Below, piece by piece: positions 36,896-46,906 of a stretch of DNA of 64,000 nt; position 1 is the stretch's first letter; each line of letters starts with the position of its first letter. The DNA comes from a virus. Made by a program: the position numbers and the translations under genes. The notes beneath the pieces were generated by a model, which ran no database searches, had not been told where the DNA came from, and saw only the letters and a program-made list of their open reading frames with translations. The stretch lies in IMG/VR virus record IMGVR_UViG_3300031812_000001, positions 2,474 to 66,473 of that record. One strand, 5' to 3'.

Positions 36896-37657
36896 ATGGA
36901 GAACGTTACGGAGAATCAATTGGTTCCTTTCGACGGCGGCGGCGACATCTATCAGGTTCCCCGTCCGCCGGAGGCGGTGTTGGCTGAGGCGCAGGCTTGC
37001 GCCAAGGCGTTGAAGCGGGTCGTGTCGGCAACCAAGGCGGTGAGCGTCTTCGGCGGGCGAGAGCACCTGCATTTCACGGCGTGGCAGACGCTTGCCACGT
37101 TTTTCAGGCTATCGCCGAGAATCCGAGAGACCCGGCTGATCGACGTGAACGGAGTTGTGGGATATGAGGCGTTCGCCGAGGTGGTGCATATCCCCACCGG
37201 GCAGGTGGTTTCCTCCGGTGAGGGGATGTGCCTGAATGACGAGGCGAACTGGGGCACGCGACCGAAGTACGAGTGGCGCGACGGCAAGAAGGTCAAGGTG
37301 GGCGACGAGCGGGTTCCGTTGTTTCAGCTTCGGTCGATGGCCCAAACCAGGGCTGCGGCCAAGGCGCTGCGGAACGTTCTCTCATGGGTTGTGGTGATGG
37401 CCGGTTATGAGCCGACCGCCGCCGAAGAGATGGACGGAACCGCCGACATGTCTGGTCCGATTCCTCAACCGCAACCCAAGGAGAGCACGGGGACGATCTC
37501 CGAAAAGCAGGCCAAGCGGCTGTGGGCGCTGGCTCACCAAGCTGGAAAGCCGAAGGATGAGGTTGTGGCAATCATCAAGAGCCACGGTTTCTCCAGCACC
37601 GCCGAAATCACCACGGACGTTTACGAGAAGATCTGCGAGGAGGTGTCGGCGTCATGA
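36896..37657 (+). CDS. Putative single-strand annealing protein
   Basis: RSMAQTRA..KALR and PTAAEEM motifs, C-terminal ISEKQAKRLWA domain; recombination context. Confidence 0.55.
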   Translation: MENVTENQLVPFDGGGDIYQVPRPPEAVLAEAQACAKALKRVVSATKAVSVFGGREHLHFTAWQTLATFFRLSPRIRETRLIDVNGVVGYEAFAEVVHIPTGQVVSSGEGMCLNDEANWGTRPKYEWRDGKKVKVGDERVPLFQLRSMAQTRAAAKALRNVLSWVVVMAGYEPTAAEEMDGTADMSGPIPQPQPKESTGTISEKQAKRLWALAHQAGKPKDEVVAIIKSHGFSSTAEITTDVYEKICEEVSAS

Positions 37658-38067
37658 CCACCCAAGAGGCGCGAGACCTGTACGCGGACGAGGGCGTTGT
37701 CGGTTGCAGGTGCGGGTGGCAGTCGGGGTACGACAGCCACCCCGTCTGTTCTGAATGCGGCCGGGACATGTGTTTGGACCGAAGCGAACTGGAGTTTGCA
37801 ATGGGCGTCTGCGCGGCTTGCATGATGCCGGAACTCCGGGAACTCTACAAGATGCTTGGTTCGTGCTTGACGGAGCTGCGGCTCATCCGGGTGTCTCTGA
37901 TGATGGGGCGTCCGGTGGACGTAGAGCGGTTGGAGAAGCTGATCACGAAGCTGGACGAATCTGGCGTTGGACTCTCGGCGGAGGACATTCTGCGGCGAGA
38001 GGAAGACATTGAGATCGCCAAGCAAGAGGCGCGAGAGCGCAGGGAAATGGAGGCGGAATGTCGGTAA
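37654..38067 (+). CDS. Hypothetical Cys-rich protein
   Basis: Coupled ORF with CxC and CxxC motifs. Confidence 0.55.
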   Translation: MTTQEARDLYADEGVVGCRCGWQSGYDSHPVCSECGRDMCLDRSELEFAMGVCAACMMPELRELYKMLGSCLTELRLIRVSLMMGRPVDVERLEKLITKLDESGVGLSAEDILRREEDIEIAKQEARERREMEAECR

Positions 38068-38203
38068 TTGAGAGAATCAGGCGCTTTATCAGGAAATGGC
38101 AGGGGCCTAGGGTTCGGCCCCTGACCGAGAAAGACATCCGGGCGATTCGGGAAAGCCTGTCCAGAGAGGACGTGGTGAGCCCGGCGTTCAGAAGGAGGGT
38201 GCG

Positions 38204-38434
38204 ATGGTCGTAATGTCGGAAATCAGCGGCGGGCGGCGGCGGAGGTGCGATGCTCGCTGCTACAACGGAAAGCCAACAAGCCGCTGCAAGTGCATTTGCG
38301 GCGGCCACAACCACGCCGTTGGCGAGAAAAGGGCCATCGAGAACATCCGGGACTTGTTCCTCAGGAAGGAGGAAGGGGTTCATGAAGCGCAAGAGCAAGC
38401 AGCCGGCAATGTTGGCGTGGGCTGTCACCTATGA
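38204..38434 (+). CDS. Small Zn-binding protein
   Basis: CDARCYN....CKCICGGHNH; RBS upstream. Confidence 0.6.
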   Translation: MVVMSEISGGRRRRCDARCYNGKPTSRCKCICGGHNHAVGEKRAIENIRDLFLRKEEGVHEAQEQAAGNVGVGCHL

Positions 38435-38630
38435 GGAACACGGCACGGCGTTCGGGTTCATCCCGAAGTGGGGCAACGGTCACGAGTTGCAGTACCCGGT
38501 CTTTCCGACGCAGGAAGAGGCGCGGCGCTGGAAGAAGCGGCACCAAGTGGGACTGTCTGGACGGCTTGGGGTTGTTCCGGTGGCAATCGTTGTAGGGAGA
38601 GACGGCGGTGACCAAAAAGAGGACAATTGA
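38382..38630 (+). CDS. Hypothetical protein
   Basis: Purine-rich RBS; operon context. Confidence 0.45.
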   Translation: MKRKSKQPAMLAWAVTYEEHGTAFGFIPKWGNGHELQYPVFPTQEEARRWKKRHQVGLSGRLGVVPVAIVVGRDGGDQKEDN

Positions 38631-38814
38631 GTACGAAACGGCGGCTGGTGTTTGGGACGCCGGTAGGACACGACCCTTGATTGTCACCCTGCACCCGGGG
38701 TTCATTGAGGTCCGACAGAAGGCGAGCCGGACCTCTTACACCATCACATACGATTCCGTGTACAGGATGGCGGCGGCTGTGGGAGGGAGAAAGCAAAAGG
38801 AGGCAAGAGGGTGA
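38608..38814 (+). CDS. Hypothetical protein
   Basis: RPLIVTL...IEVRQK..R.SY.I; coupled to the next gene. Confidence 0.55.
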   Translation: MTKKRTIEYETAAGVWDAGRTRPLIVTLHPGFIEVRQKASRTSYTITYDSVYRMAAAVGGRKQKEARG

Positions 38815-39026
38815 TCTTCATTTACGCGATTGGATTGTGTTTAGGGGCCGGAGCGCTTGCCTGCATCGTGTCGTCGAGTGCGGCCCGCGCCTTGGCCACC
38901 ATGTTGTTGTGCCACGCGGAGGCTCTGGAGAGCGGACGGCGGGCGAGGAAGGCGGCATGGAAGAAATGGAGCCGAGGTTTAATCCCCGACCTGGTGACCA
39001 CGGAGGCAGAGCGATGGCGGGCGTGA
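38811..39026 (+). CDS. Small membrane protein
   Basis: N-terminal hydrophobic segment; GTGA coupling. Confidence 0.45.
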   Translation: MIFIYAIGLCLGAGALACIVSSSAARALATMLLCHAEALESGRRARKAAWKKWSRGLIPDLVTTEAERWRA

Positions 39027-39637
39027 TGGGGTTGCCTTACGACTCCGGGGTTAGGGCCGTCCCCGACACGGAAGGCTCGCAGGCCCCTGGGCCTTGGATT
39101 CTGACGTTCACTGGGATCGAGTTTTATCCGCTGGACCCGAGGCCGGATGACATCCGGGTGACGGACATTGCGCACGCGCTGGCGAACCAGTGTCGGTACA
39201 GCGGTCACACCTTGTTTTTCTATTCGGTTGCGGAACACTGCGTTCACGTGAGCCGCATGGTTCATGAGGCGACAAACAGCTCTGTGGCGGCGCTGGATGC
39301 GCTTCTGCATGATGCATCGGAGGCTTACCTGGTGGATTTGCCGGGGCCGCTCAAGATGCAGTGGGCGGTTGGCCAAGAATACAGAAAAGCGGAGCATCGG
39401 CTTCAGTCCGCAATCCGGTCGGCGTTCGGACTGGACGGGGAGATTCCGGAGGTTGTGGGCAAGGCGGACAAGGCGATGCTCTGGTTTGAGTACAGGACTC
39501 TGATGCAGAGGCACGAGGGGTTCGAGAAGTGGAGCCGGTTCACGGGTAGGTTTAGCGAGCCGAAGATTGAGTGTTGGGACCCCGGCGTGGCTGAAATGCG
39601 GTTTTTGGGAAGGTTTCTGGAGCTTAGCGAAAAATGA
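39014..39637 (+). CDS. HD-domain phosphohydrolase (YfbR-like, phage type)
   Basis: DIAHALANQCRYSGH, YSVAEHCV and ALLHDASEAYLVDLP.PLK motifs. Confidence 0.85.
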   Translation: MAGVMGLPYDSGVRAVPDTEGSQAPGPWILTFTGIEFYPLDPRPDDIRVTDIAHALANQCRYSGHTLFFYSVAEHCVHVSRMVHEATNSSVAALDALLHDASEAYLVDLPGPLKMQWAVGQEYRKAEHRLQSAIRSAFGLDGEIPEVVGKADKAMLWFEYRTLMQRHEGFEKWSRFTGRFSEPKIECWDPGVAEMRFLGRFLELSEK

Positions 39638-39739
39638 ACCAAGTACAAAGACAACCGAGCGAAAAATGAACCAAGTACAAAGCGAGTACAAAGCAAGCAC
39701 AAACGGGGCCGAGAAAAAAATGAAGCGAGTACAAAGCGG
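39626..39739 (+). repeat. A-rich direct repeats: 25-bp unit x2 plus further AGTACAAAG copies
   Basis: agcgaaaaatgaaccaagtacaaag at 39626 and 39658; gcgagtacaaagc at 39682 and 39725. Confidence 0.85.
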
Positions 39740-39950
39740 AACGGCGCGGGTGGTGGTTGAGGGCGGACAGATCAAGCTGCTGTTCCTTGACGAAAGCGGC
39801 AAGCGGGTTTTTAGCGCGATTCCGACGGCGGAAATGGCGATTCGGCTTGCGGTTTCGCTGGTGAACGCCGTCAAGCAAACGGGGAGAAAACTGGAGTTTA
39901 GGATCGAAGACGGTGTTCGGCAGAGCCTGGACATTGTTGTACTGAACTGA
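39666..39950 (+). CDS. Hypothetical protein
   Basis: ORF in operon; start uncertain because it lies within the repeats. Confidence 0.45.
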   Translation: MNQVQSEYKASTNGAEKKMKRVQSGTARVVVEGGQIKLLFLDESGKRVFSAIPTAEMAIRLAVSLVNAVKQTGRKLEFRIEDGVRQSLDIVVLN

Positions 39951-39953
39951 GCT

Positions 39954-40274
39954 ATGGGGGAGAAAATCCTGACGCGCCAAGACGTGGCCTGGCTGAAGGC
40001 GATTGGCATCGTGCCCGATTTGGGCGCAAGCGGAACGGTCCAAAGCGACATCCGCGTGGAAGATGAAATCCATCCAGACAAGGGTTCGCCCAAGCAAAGA
40101 TGGGTGGACCGCTCTGTTTACGACCGGCAGGGCAGGATGCTGCAAGCGGCGTGGCAGGAGGAAGAGCGGCTGGCGATTGCCGTAAAACGTCTGCGGATCT
40201 ATCTCGCGTTGTCGCTGGCCGCAACCGCTGCGTCTCTGACGGTAGCGGTCCTTTCATTGAGGGGGCAAATCTAA
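39954..40274 (+). CDS. Hypothetical protein with C-terminal TM segment
   Basis: IYLALSLAATAASLTVAVLSL. Confidence 0.5.
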   Translation: MGEKILTRQDVAWLKAIGIVPDLGASGTVQSDIRVEDEIHPDKGSPKQRWVDRSVYDRQGRMLQAAWQEEERLAIAVKRLRIYLALSLAATAASLTVAVLSLRGQI

Positions 40275-40334
40275 GCGCTGGCGGGGACAGGGCGCCATCG
40301 GAGCGGCGTCCAAGACGCTTGAGGTGTAAGAGCG

Positions 40335-40778
40335 ATGGAAAAGACGGAAACGCATGAACCTGAAGCAGTTATTCACCTGAGCACGGTCAGGCTTCCGGTC
40401 AAACCCAGCGGTCCAAAGGTCCCCGGCGACGTGAAGGCGTCCATTGAGTCCATTACGTGGCAGGCCCGAGCGCAATGGGCGGGCGCGCGACCGATGGAAA
40501 ACCCGGCGGTGGCGTATGAACTGCACCTGAGGGACTTGCGCCGGGACCCGGACGAGATCCTGCGCACGATTCAAGATGCGCTGTGTGACGCCGGGGTGAT
40601 CAAGGGCGGGGTTTCGGAAAAGCACCGCGGTCCTCAAATCAAGCTCCCCATTGTCCACATTGGCAGCCGGGCGCTTTTGGAAGAGGCTCACGTCTATCTC
40701 TGGCGCGATTGGGTGTCGTTTGCTCTCTGGATGCAGGCAAACTCCGAGCGTCTGAAGGGGGTAGTGAGAACCAAATGA
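40335..40778 (+). CDS. Hypothetical protein (possibly degenerate RusA-like)
   Basis: RRDPDEILRTIQDALCDAGVI resembles the RusA D.DN..K...DAL..AGV motif; GAGG RBS. Confidence 0.45.
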   Translation: MEKTETHEPEAVIHLSTVRLPVKPSGPKVPGDVKASIESITWQARAQWAGARPMENPAVAYELHLRDLRRDPDEILRTIQDALCDAGVIKGGVSEKHRGPQIKLPIVHIGSRALLEEAHVYLWRDWVSFALWMQANSERLKGVVRTK

Positions 40779-41239
40779 TCTTCGAGGCAACTGGCGATGT
40801 TTTCGACTACGAGGCCGCCGTGGTTCCTGTGAACTGCTCTGGGATTGCCGGAGCTGGCCTTGCTCTTCAGTTTCGGCGGCGGTTTCCAGATTCGTATGCG
40901 GTCTACCGGGAGCTGTGCGAGAGGCATGGCTTGAGGATTGGAACGGTGGCGGCGATTCGGCGGCAAGAGCCGTGTGATGTTCCGCTGTGGCTGGTGATGT
41001 TCCCGACCAAGCAGCATCCTTGGCAGAAGTCGCGGTTGGAGTGGATTGAGGCTGGCGTGGACGATCTAGTTCGGAAGTGCGCCGAGTGCGGGATGACCTC
41101 GGTGGGCATTCCGCGTCTTGGGTGTGGACTGGGCGGCCTGAAATGGAGGGAGGTTCGGGCGGTGCTGGTACGAGCTTTTTCGGCCTGCCCGGAGATTGGG
41201 TGGACGCTGGTCAGCGAAGGAGGGGGTGGGGCGTGTTGA
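40775..41239 (+). CDS. Macro-domain ADP-ribosyl hydrolase (DarG/Poa1p-like)
   Basis: GDVF, VPVNCSG.AGAGLALQFR..FP, FPTK.H and IPRLGCGLGGL.W motifs. Confidence 0.85.
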   Translation: MIFEATGDVFDYEAAVVPVNCSGIAGAGLALQFRRRFPDSYAVYRELCERHGLRIGTVAAIRRQEPCDVPLWLVMFPTKQHPWQKSRLEWIEAGVDDLVRKCAECGMTSVGIPRLGCGLGGLKWREVRAVLVRAFSACPEIGWTLVSEGGGGAC

Positions 41240-41709
41240 CGCTGCGGAAGCGGCAGAGCATCCGGGCCGCGGTTGATCGGGCGATTGGGGCGGTTGCTGA
41301 GGTGGCCGGCGAGGGATACCCGAGGGCGACGACGAGGGCGAGGGACCGGGAGAGCGTAGAGGTGCGGCACGCGGTGATTTGGGTGGCCAAGCAGCTAGTT
41401 CCGTGGGCGAGCGCGGCGGCGCTGGGCAGGGCGCTGGGTGGGATGCATCACACCAGCGTCAGGTATGCGCTGCGGCGGATGGAGTCTGGCGAGTGTCAGC
41501 GGGCCTTGGAGATTGCGGTTGAGGCGCTGAAGGCTGCTACGCGCCCAAGCTGGTCTAGGCCGGTGGGGCGCGGGGACGCCGAGGCCAAGGCTCTGGTGGC
41601 GGAGCTGGGACTGTTGATTCAGCAGTGTCGGCTGGTGATGGATCGGGCCTCTCGGATCATGGACGGATTTCAGGCGGCCATAGATGATGACCGCCGTCAA
41701 GCAGCGTGA
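41233..41709 (+). CDS. DnaA C-terminal (domain IV)-like HTH protein
   Basis: RH.VIW.AK.L...S...LGRALGGMHHTSVRYA matches the DnaA domain IV signature (GGRDHTTV). Confidence 0.7.
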   Translation: MLTLRKRQSIRAAVDRAIGAVAEVAGEGYPRATTRARDRESVEVRHAVIWVAKQLVPWASAAALGRALGGMHHTSVRYALRRMESGECQRALEIAVEALKAATRPSWSRPVGRGDAEAKALVAELGLLIQQCRLVMDRASRIMDGFQAAIDDDRRQAA

Positions 41710-41724
41710 AAGGAGTGAAGGGAC

Positions 41725-42051
41725 GTGACGTTTAACGAGTACCAATTGGGAGCAAGAGAGTTTGCGGTTTACCCCGCCGTTGGGGAGAACCTGATCTATC
41801 CGGTTCTGGGCTTGGTTGGGGAGGCTGGAGAGCTGGCGAACAAGGTGAAGAAGATCCAGCGCGACGGCGGGGCACTGACGGATGAGATCCGGTCGGCGCT
41901 GATTTCCGAACTTGGCGACGTTCTGTGGTATGTGGCGGCGGTGTGCGGCGAGCTGGGGGTTCGGATGGGAGACGTGGCGGAGTCGAATCTGTCGAAGCTG
42001 TCGGGACGGCTGGAGCGCGGGACTCTGCGCGGGAGCGGGGATAGAAGGTAG
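41725..42051 (+). CDS. MazG-like NTP pyrophosphohydrolase
   Basis: LGLVGEAGELANKVKK, ELGDVLWY and N..KL..R..RG...GSGD.R motifs. Confidence 0.9.
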   Translation: MTFNEYQLGAREFAVYPAVGENLIYPVLGLVGEAGELANKVKKIQRDGGALTDEIRSALISELGDVLWYVAAVCGELGVRMGDVAESNLSKLSGRLERGTLRGSGDRR

Positions 42052-42126
42052 GGGTGGATGTGGCTTTACGTTCCTTGTCTCTCTGCTAAGGATTGGGTGC
42101 TAGGCGGGGGCAGGAGGGGGTGAAGC

Positions 42127-43059
42127 ATGGCGCGAACAAAGATTGAATGGGCGGACGCGGTTTGGAACCCCATTCGTGGTTGCAGCGCGGTGAGCGAGGG
42201 CTGCCGGAACTGCTACGCGGCGCGGATGGCGGCGCGCTTCTGGCATGGCGACTGGGGACTGGCGGAGTTTGGCGCGGATGGAAGGGCGCGCTGGACTGGG
42301 CGGATAGAGAAGGTGGACGTGAACAAGCTGCTGGAGCCGCTCGGATGGCGCAAACCGCGGCGAGTGTTTGTGAACTCGATGGGCGATTTGTTTCACGAGG
42401 GGGTGCGGCGGGAGTGGATTGAGCAGGCGTTTGGGGTGATGGCGCTGGCGCGGCAGCATGTCTTTATGGTGCTGACGAAGCGTGCGCTGCGGATGCGGAT
42501 GCTTTTGGCGGACGATGTTGCCATGAGGAAGGGTGTCCATAGGGCGGCTCGAATGATTGGGCGCTCCTTGGGACTGGAAACGTGGCCGACTCGCAATGTT
42601 TGGCTGGGGGTTAGCGTGGAGGACCAGCGGGCGGCGGACGAGCGCATCCCTGAACTGCTTGCGACGCCGGCGGCGATGCGGTTTGTGAGCTGCGAGCCAT
42701 TGCTTGGGCCGGTGGATTTGAAGCCCTGGTTGGGTGAGAGGCGGCGGCTGGACTGGGTGATTGTTGGCGGAGAGACCGGACCGGGGGCCAGGCCGATGCA
42801 TCCGGATTGGGCGCGATCACTGAGGGATCAGTGTACGGCGGCGGGCGTGCCATTCTTTTTCAAGCAATGGGGGGAGTGGCTGCCGGAGGGCCAGTTTGGT
42901 GCGGATGGCGACACGCCGACGCCGGCCAATACGGGTTGCCAGCGGGCGCTGGTGGGGCTCCTGGAGGGGGGCGACGGAGTGGTGTGCTACCGGGTTGGGC
43001 GGCGCAACGCCGGGCGGCTGCTGGATGGTCGCACTTGGGACGAGTCTCCGATTGAATGA
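42127..43059 (+). CDS. Phage Gp37/Gp68 (DUF5131) radical-SAM-like protein
   Basis: IEWAD..WNP..GC..VSEGC.NCYA, FVNSMGDLFH, SCEPLLG, WVIVGGETG and FFFKQWG motifs. Confidence 0.9.
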   Translation: MARTKIEWADAVWNPIRGCSAVSEGCRNCYAARMAARFWHGDWGLAEFGADGRARWTGRIEKVDVNKLLEPLGWRKPRRVFVNSMGDLFHEGVRREWIEQAFGVMALARQHVFMVLTKRALRMRMLLADDVAMRKGVHRAARMIGRSLGLETWPTRNVWLGVSVEDQRAADERIPELLATPAAMRFVSCEPLLGPVDLKPWLGERRRLDWVIVGGETGPGARPMHPDWARSLRDQCTAAGVPFFFKQWGEWLPEGQFGADGDTPTPANTGCQRALVGLLEGGDGVVCYRVGRRNAGRLLDGRTWDESPIE

Positions 43060-43069
43060 GGTGAACGAC

Positions 43070-43558
43070 ATGGATTATTACGATGATCTGATCAGACAAC
43101 GCGGAGAGGCGGAGGCCTCCGCGATCATTGCAGACGATGCGCGAAAGCTGCGCCGCCACTTGTGCCTCATCCGGCTCATGGCGGCTGTGGCTGCTGCGCG
43201 GGAATTGTGTCGGCATGGCATCAAGGCGCCCTCCGGCACTTGGCAGTTCGAACAGGGCTGGATGGGTCTCATGCGGGAGGCGCGCTACGCGAAGGTGGCG
43301 GACGGACCGGCGCCGGAGTACGTCGTGCGCATAATCGCGTCCGGCGTTCCGATAGACGATACTGAGCACATCGTCTTGAATGCTGGCCTCTTGCTCAGCC
43401 GGATGCAACACGGATTCATTCCGTCCGCTCCGTTCCCGTCCGAGGACTATCAGCGCGGCTGGGAAGCCGCATGTCAGGCGCTGCGGGAATCCCATGAGGC
43501 GCGCCTTTTGGCCGAGGCGTTGGAGGAGATCAGGGGCATGTGCGGTGATGGATTCTAA
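43070..43558 (+). CDS. Hypothetical protein
   Basis: GAGG RBS; operon context. Confidence 0.55.
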   Translation: MDYYDDLIRQRGEAEASAIIADDARKLRRHLCLIRLMAAVAAARELCRHGIKAPSGTWQFEQGWMGLMREARYAKVADGPAPEYVVRIIASGVPIDDTEHIVLNAGLLLSRMQHGFIPSAPFPSEDYQRGWEAACQALRESHEARLLAEALEEIRGMCGDGF

Positions 43559-43778
43559 GGCAGACGCGCCACTGTGGGAATTGGCCGGCCCACGGCTGGA
43601 GGCCGGCCTCGAGCCCCGGTCCGCCAAGCTAATGATGGCCATTGAGCGGCACGTCGCGCGGCGGACGCGTCACGGGCGCGGGTGCCGTTGTATGCGGTGT
43701 GCGGCGTGGCGCGTTCGACTGAAGCGCTACGCCAGGATCATCGGGCTGGCGGAGGCGAGAGGGGCGCTGGAGGCGTAA
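43548..43778 (+). CDS. Small Zn-finger-like protein
   Basis: HGRGCRCMRC. Confidence 0.45.
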   Translation: MDSKADAPLWELAGPRLEAGLEPRSAKLMMAIERHVARRTRHGRGCRCMRCAAWRVRLKRYARIIGLAEARGALEA

Positions 43779-43781
43779 GGG

Positions 43782-43976
43782 ATGGATCAATCGGTTAAGC
43801 TGAGGCGGCTGCGGCAGGAGTGGTTGAGGGAGACGCGGCGGGAGTTGACGCAGTTGGCGATGCGGATGGTGGAACTGCGCGACCGGGAGCGGAGGCTGTT
43901 GTGTGAACTGAAGCAGGATGAGGCGAGTGGCGGGGGAGCAGAAGCGTCTGGTCTAGCGGGGCGGGGCGATGAGTAA
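43782..43976 (+). CDS. Small coiled-coil protein
   Basis: Operon context. Confidence 0.45.
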   Translation: MDQSVKLRRLRQEWLRETRRELTQLAMRMVELRDRERRLLCELKQDEASGGGAEASGLAGRGDE

Positions 43977-44430
43977 GGACGTTGCGGCGAGGCAACGCTG
44001 GCGGCATCCGAACGACCGGAACCTGGCGATTCTGCGCGAGCGGCTGGAGGGGGTCTCGATGGGGGACCTGGCTGAGAAGCACGGGATCAGCCGGGCGAGG
44101 GTTAAGCAGATCGTGGACTCAACATCCCTATTGATAAGGTGGGCGTCCTACGAGATCGAGCGTTTGACGTACAGGGTCGAGCGGCTGGAGAAGCTGCTGC
44201 TTTTGGCGAGGCGGATTCGTGGCCGGAATTTCGAGAGGATTCCGGTGACGGAACTCCACATACCACCGCAGAACGTAAAGCTGCTGGTGGGCGCGGGCCT
44301 TACGACGGTGGGGTCCGTAGAAAAGGCTACAAATGAACAACTTAAGGAGATTGGTCTATCGAAATTTTCGGTAAAGGGCCTTCGGGCTGAATGCTTGCGG
44401 CTGCGTGCTGCATGGAGGTCGCGTCGATGA
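43969..44430 (+). CDS. HTH + RNA polymerase alpha-CTD-like fusion
   Basis: RN.AI...R.EG.SM.DLAEKHGISRARVKQI (sigma4-like HTH), then PVTELHIPP....LL..AGLTTVG.V..AT.EQL.EIGL...S (alpha-CTD-like). Confidence 0.6.
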   Translation: MSKDVAARQRWRHPNDRNLAILRERLEGVSMGDLAEKHGISRARVKQIVDSTSLLIRWASYEIERLTYRVERLEKLLLLARRIRGRNFERIPVTELHIPPQNVKLLVGAGLTTVGSVEKATNEQLKEIGLSKFSVKGLRAECLRLRAAWRSRR

Positions 44431-44635
44431 TGGACAAGGACTTGAAATACCTGTTTACGATGCTGATGCTGTTCGGGCTTGAGAGCCTGGCGATATGGCT
44501 GCTGGCGGTTGCGTCGGTAGCGATTGGTGGACTGGCCGGCGTGCTGGTCGTTGGGCTGGTGATCATACCGGGGATTGTGGTGGTTGTGGATCGGTGGGGC
44601 AAGGGCGGCGGCAGGCGGCCGGTTGGGGGTGGAAA

Positions 44636-44639
<4 letters not shown>
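44427..44639 (+). CDS. Small membrane protein
   Basis: Two hydrophobic segments; coupled on both sides. Confidence 0.5.
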
Positions 44640-45856
<1,217 letters not shown>

Positions 45857-45867
45857 AAGGAGATAAC

Positions 45868-46317
45868 ATGGCAAGAAGCATCAACAGGGTGATCCTGCTC
45901 GGGTACATCGGCAGCGAACCCGAGATCAAGCACACCGCGAGCGGCACGCCAGTGGCCCAGTTCAGCATCGCCACAAACCGGCGATGGAAAGACAGAAACA
46001 CGGGCCTGCTGCGGGAAGAAACCGATTGGCATCGGGTCGTGCTGTGGCAGCCGGAGAACGTAAAGCCATTTCTGCGCAAGGGTGCACTTGTGGCTGTCGA
46101 GGGCAGACTGCAAACCCGTAGCTGGGATGACAAGAACGGAATTACGCGCTATATCACTGAAATCATTGCGGAAAGCCTGTCGTTCTGCGGCGGACCGGCG
46201 GGCTCCGGTGACAAGCAGGCTAAGCCGCCGGCAGGGGCCGCGGCGGTCGAGGCCGAAGGAGCGCAAGCCAATGAAAATAAACCGTTTGAGGCTACCGATG
46301 ATGATGTTCCGTTCTGA
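45868..46317 (+). CDS. ssb: Single-stranded DNA-binding protein
   Basis: SINRVILLG, FSIATN, TDWHRVV, VEGRLQTRSW and C-terminal DDDVPF. Confidence 0.95.
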   Translation: MARSINRVILLGYIGSEPEIKHTASGTPVAQFSIATNRRWKDRNTGLLREETDWHRVVLWQPENVKPFLRKGALVAVEGRLQTRSWDDKNGITRYITEIIAESLSFCGGPAGSGDKQAKPPAGAAAVEAEGAQANENKPFEATDDDVPF

Positions 46318-46320
46318 GGC

Positions 46321-46349
46321 TTGACAAGCATTGACGGTCATGGCATAAA
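46321..46349 (+). promoter_or_regulatory. Cassette promoter (TGAC-N11-GTCA class)
   Basis: TTGACA-17-CATAAA followed by AGGAGG. Confidence 0.7.
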
Positions 46350-46366
46350 GGGTTCAGGAGGAAAAC

Positions 46367-46648
46367 ATGCAGTACCCGCTGATTCACCTGAACGGAACAA
46401 GCCCCGAGCGGTTGCTCGACGACTACTGCCGGGCCGCCAATGCTGTTCGCGCCGCTATCGAGGCCGTCCAACTGGCGGCGCCCAACCTGCGGGACTACTA
46501 CCCGCTCGAACCCGCGTGCTGGAATACCGCCATCGGCGAACACCAGGCGCGCATGGACCGGCTGCGGTCCGTGCTGGCCGAGCTGGAGCAACTGGCCGAG
46601 TATGCCTGCGATTGGGCAGATCGAAAGGGGGCGTCCGTGGGCGGATAG
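46367..46648 (+). CDS. Hypothetical early protein
   Basis: P.IHLNGTS and PN.RDYYP motifs; strong RBS. Confidence 0.7.
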   Translation: MQYPLIHLNGTSPERLLDDYCRAANAVRAAIEAVQLAAPNLRDYYPLEPACWNTAIGEHQARMDRLRSVLAELEQLAEYACDWADRKGASVGG

Positions 46649-46906
46649 TCGAATTTGCGCATTAGAGGCGCTAGGATCAATCGGCGGGCCGGGGGCGGTA
46701 TAAACCCCTTGCCCGCCGCTTTCGTTTCAATGGCGGGGCTCTAATGCGCAGCAATGGGCATTTCTCGCGGCGGTCTGGACGCAGGGGTGCGGGGGTGGGG
46801 GTGGACATGGCTGCGGAGGCGGGCGGTTGGTCTTGCCGGCTGAACGGGCACGGTGGCCGGCGGAAGGCCGGGGGTTCTGAATGGACCAGCACCTCAGAGT
46901 GAGAAT

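Noticed and set aside
9590-42051. 2-aminoadenine (Z) or 7-deazaguanine genome-modification pathway
   Set aside because: DUF5664, HD and MazG genes are present but dispersed; no PurZ, DNA polymerase, DpdA or Que genes are seen.
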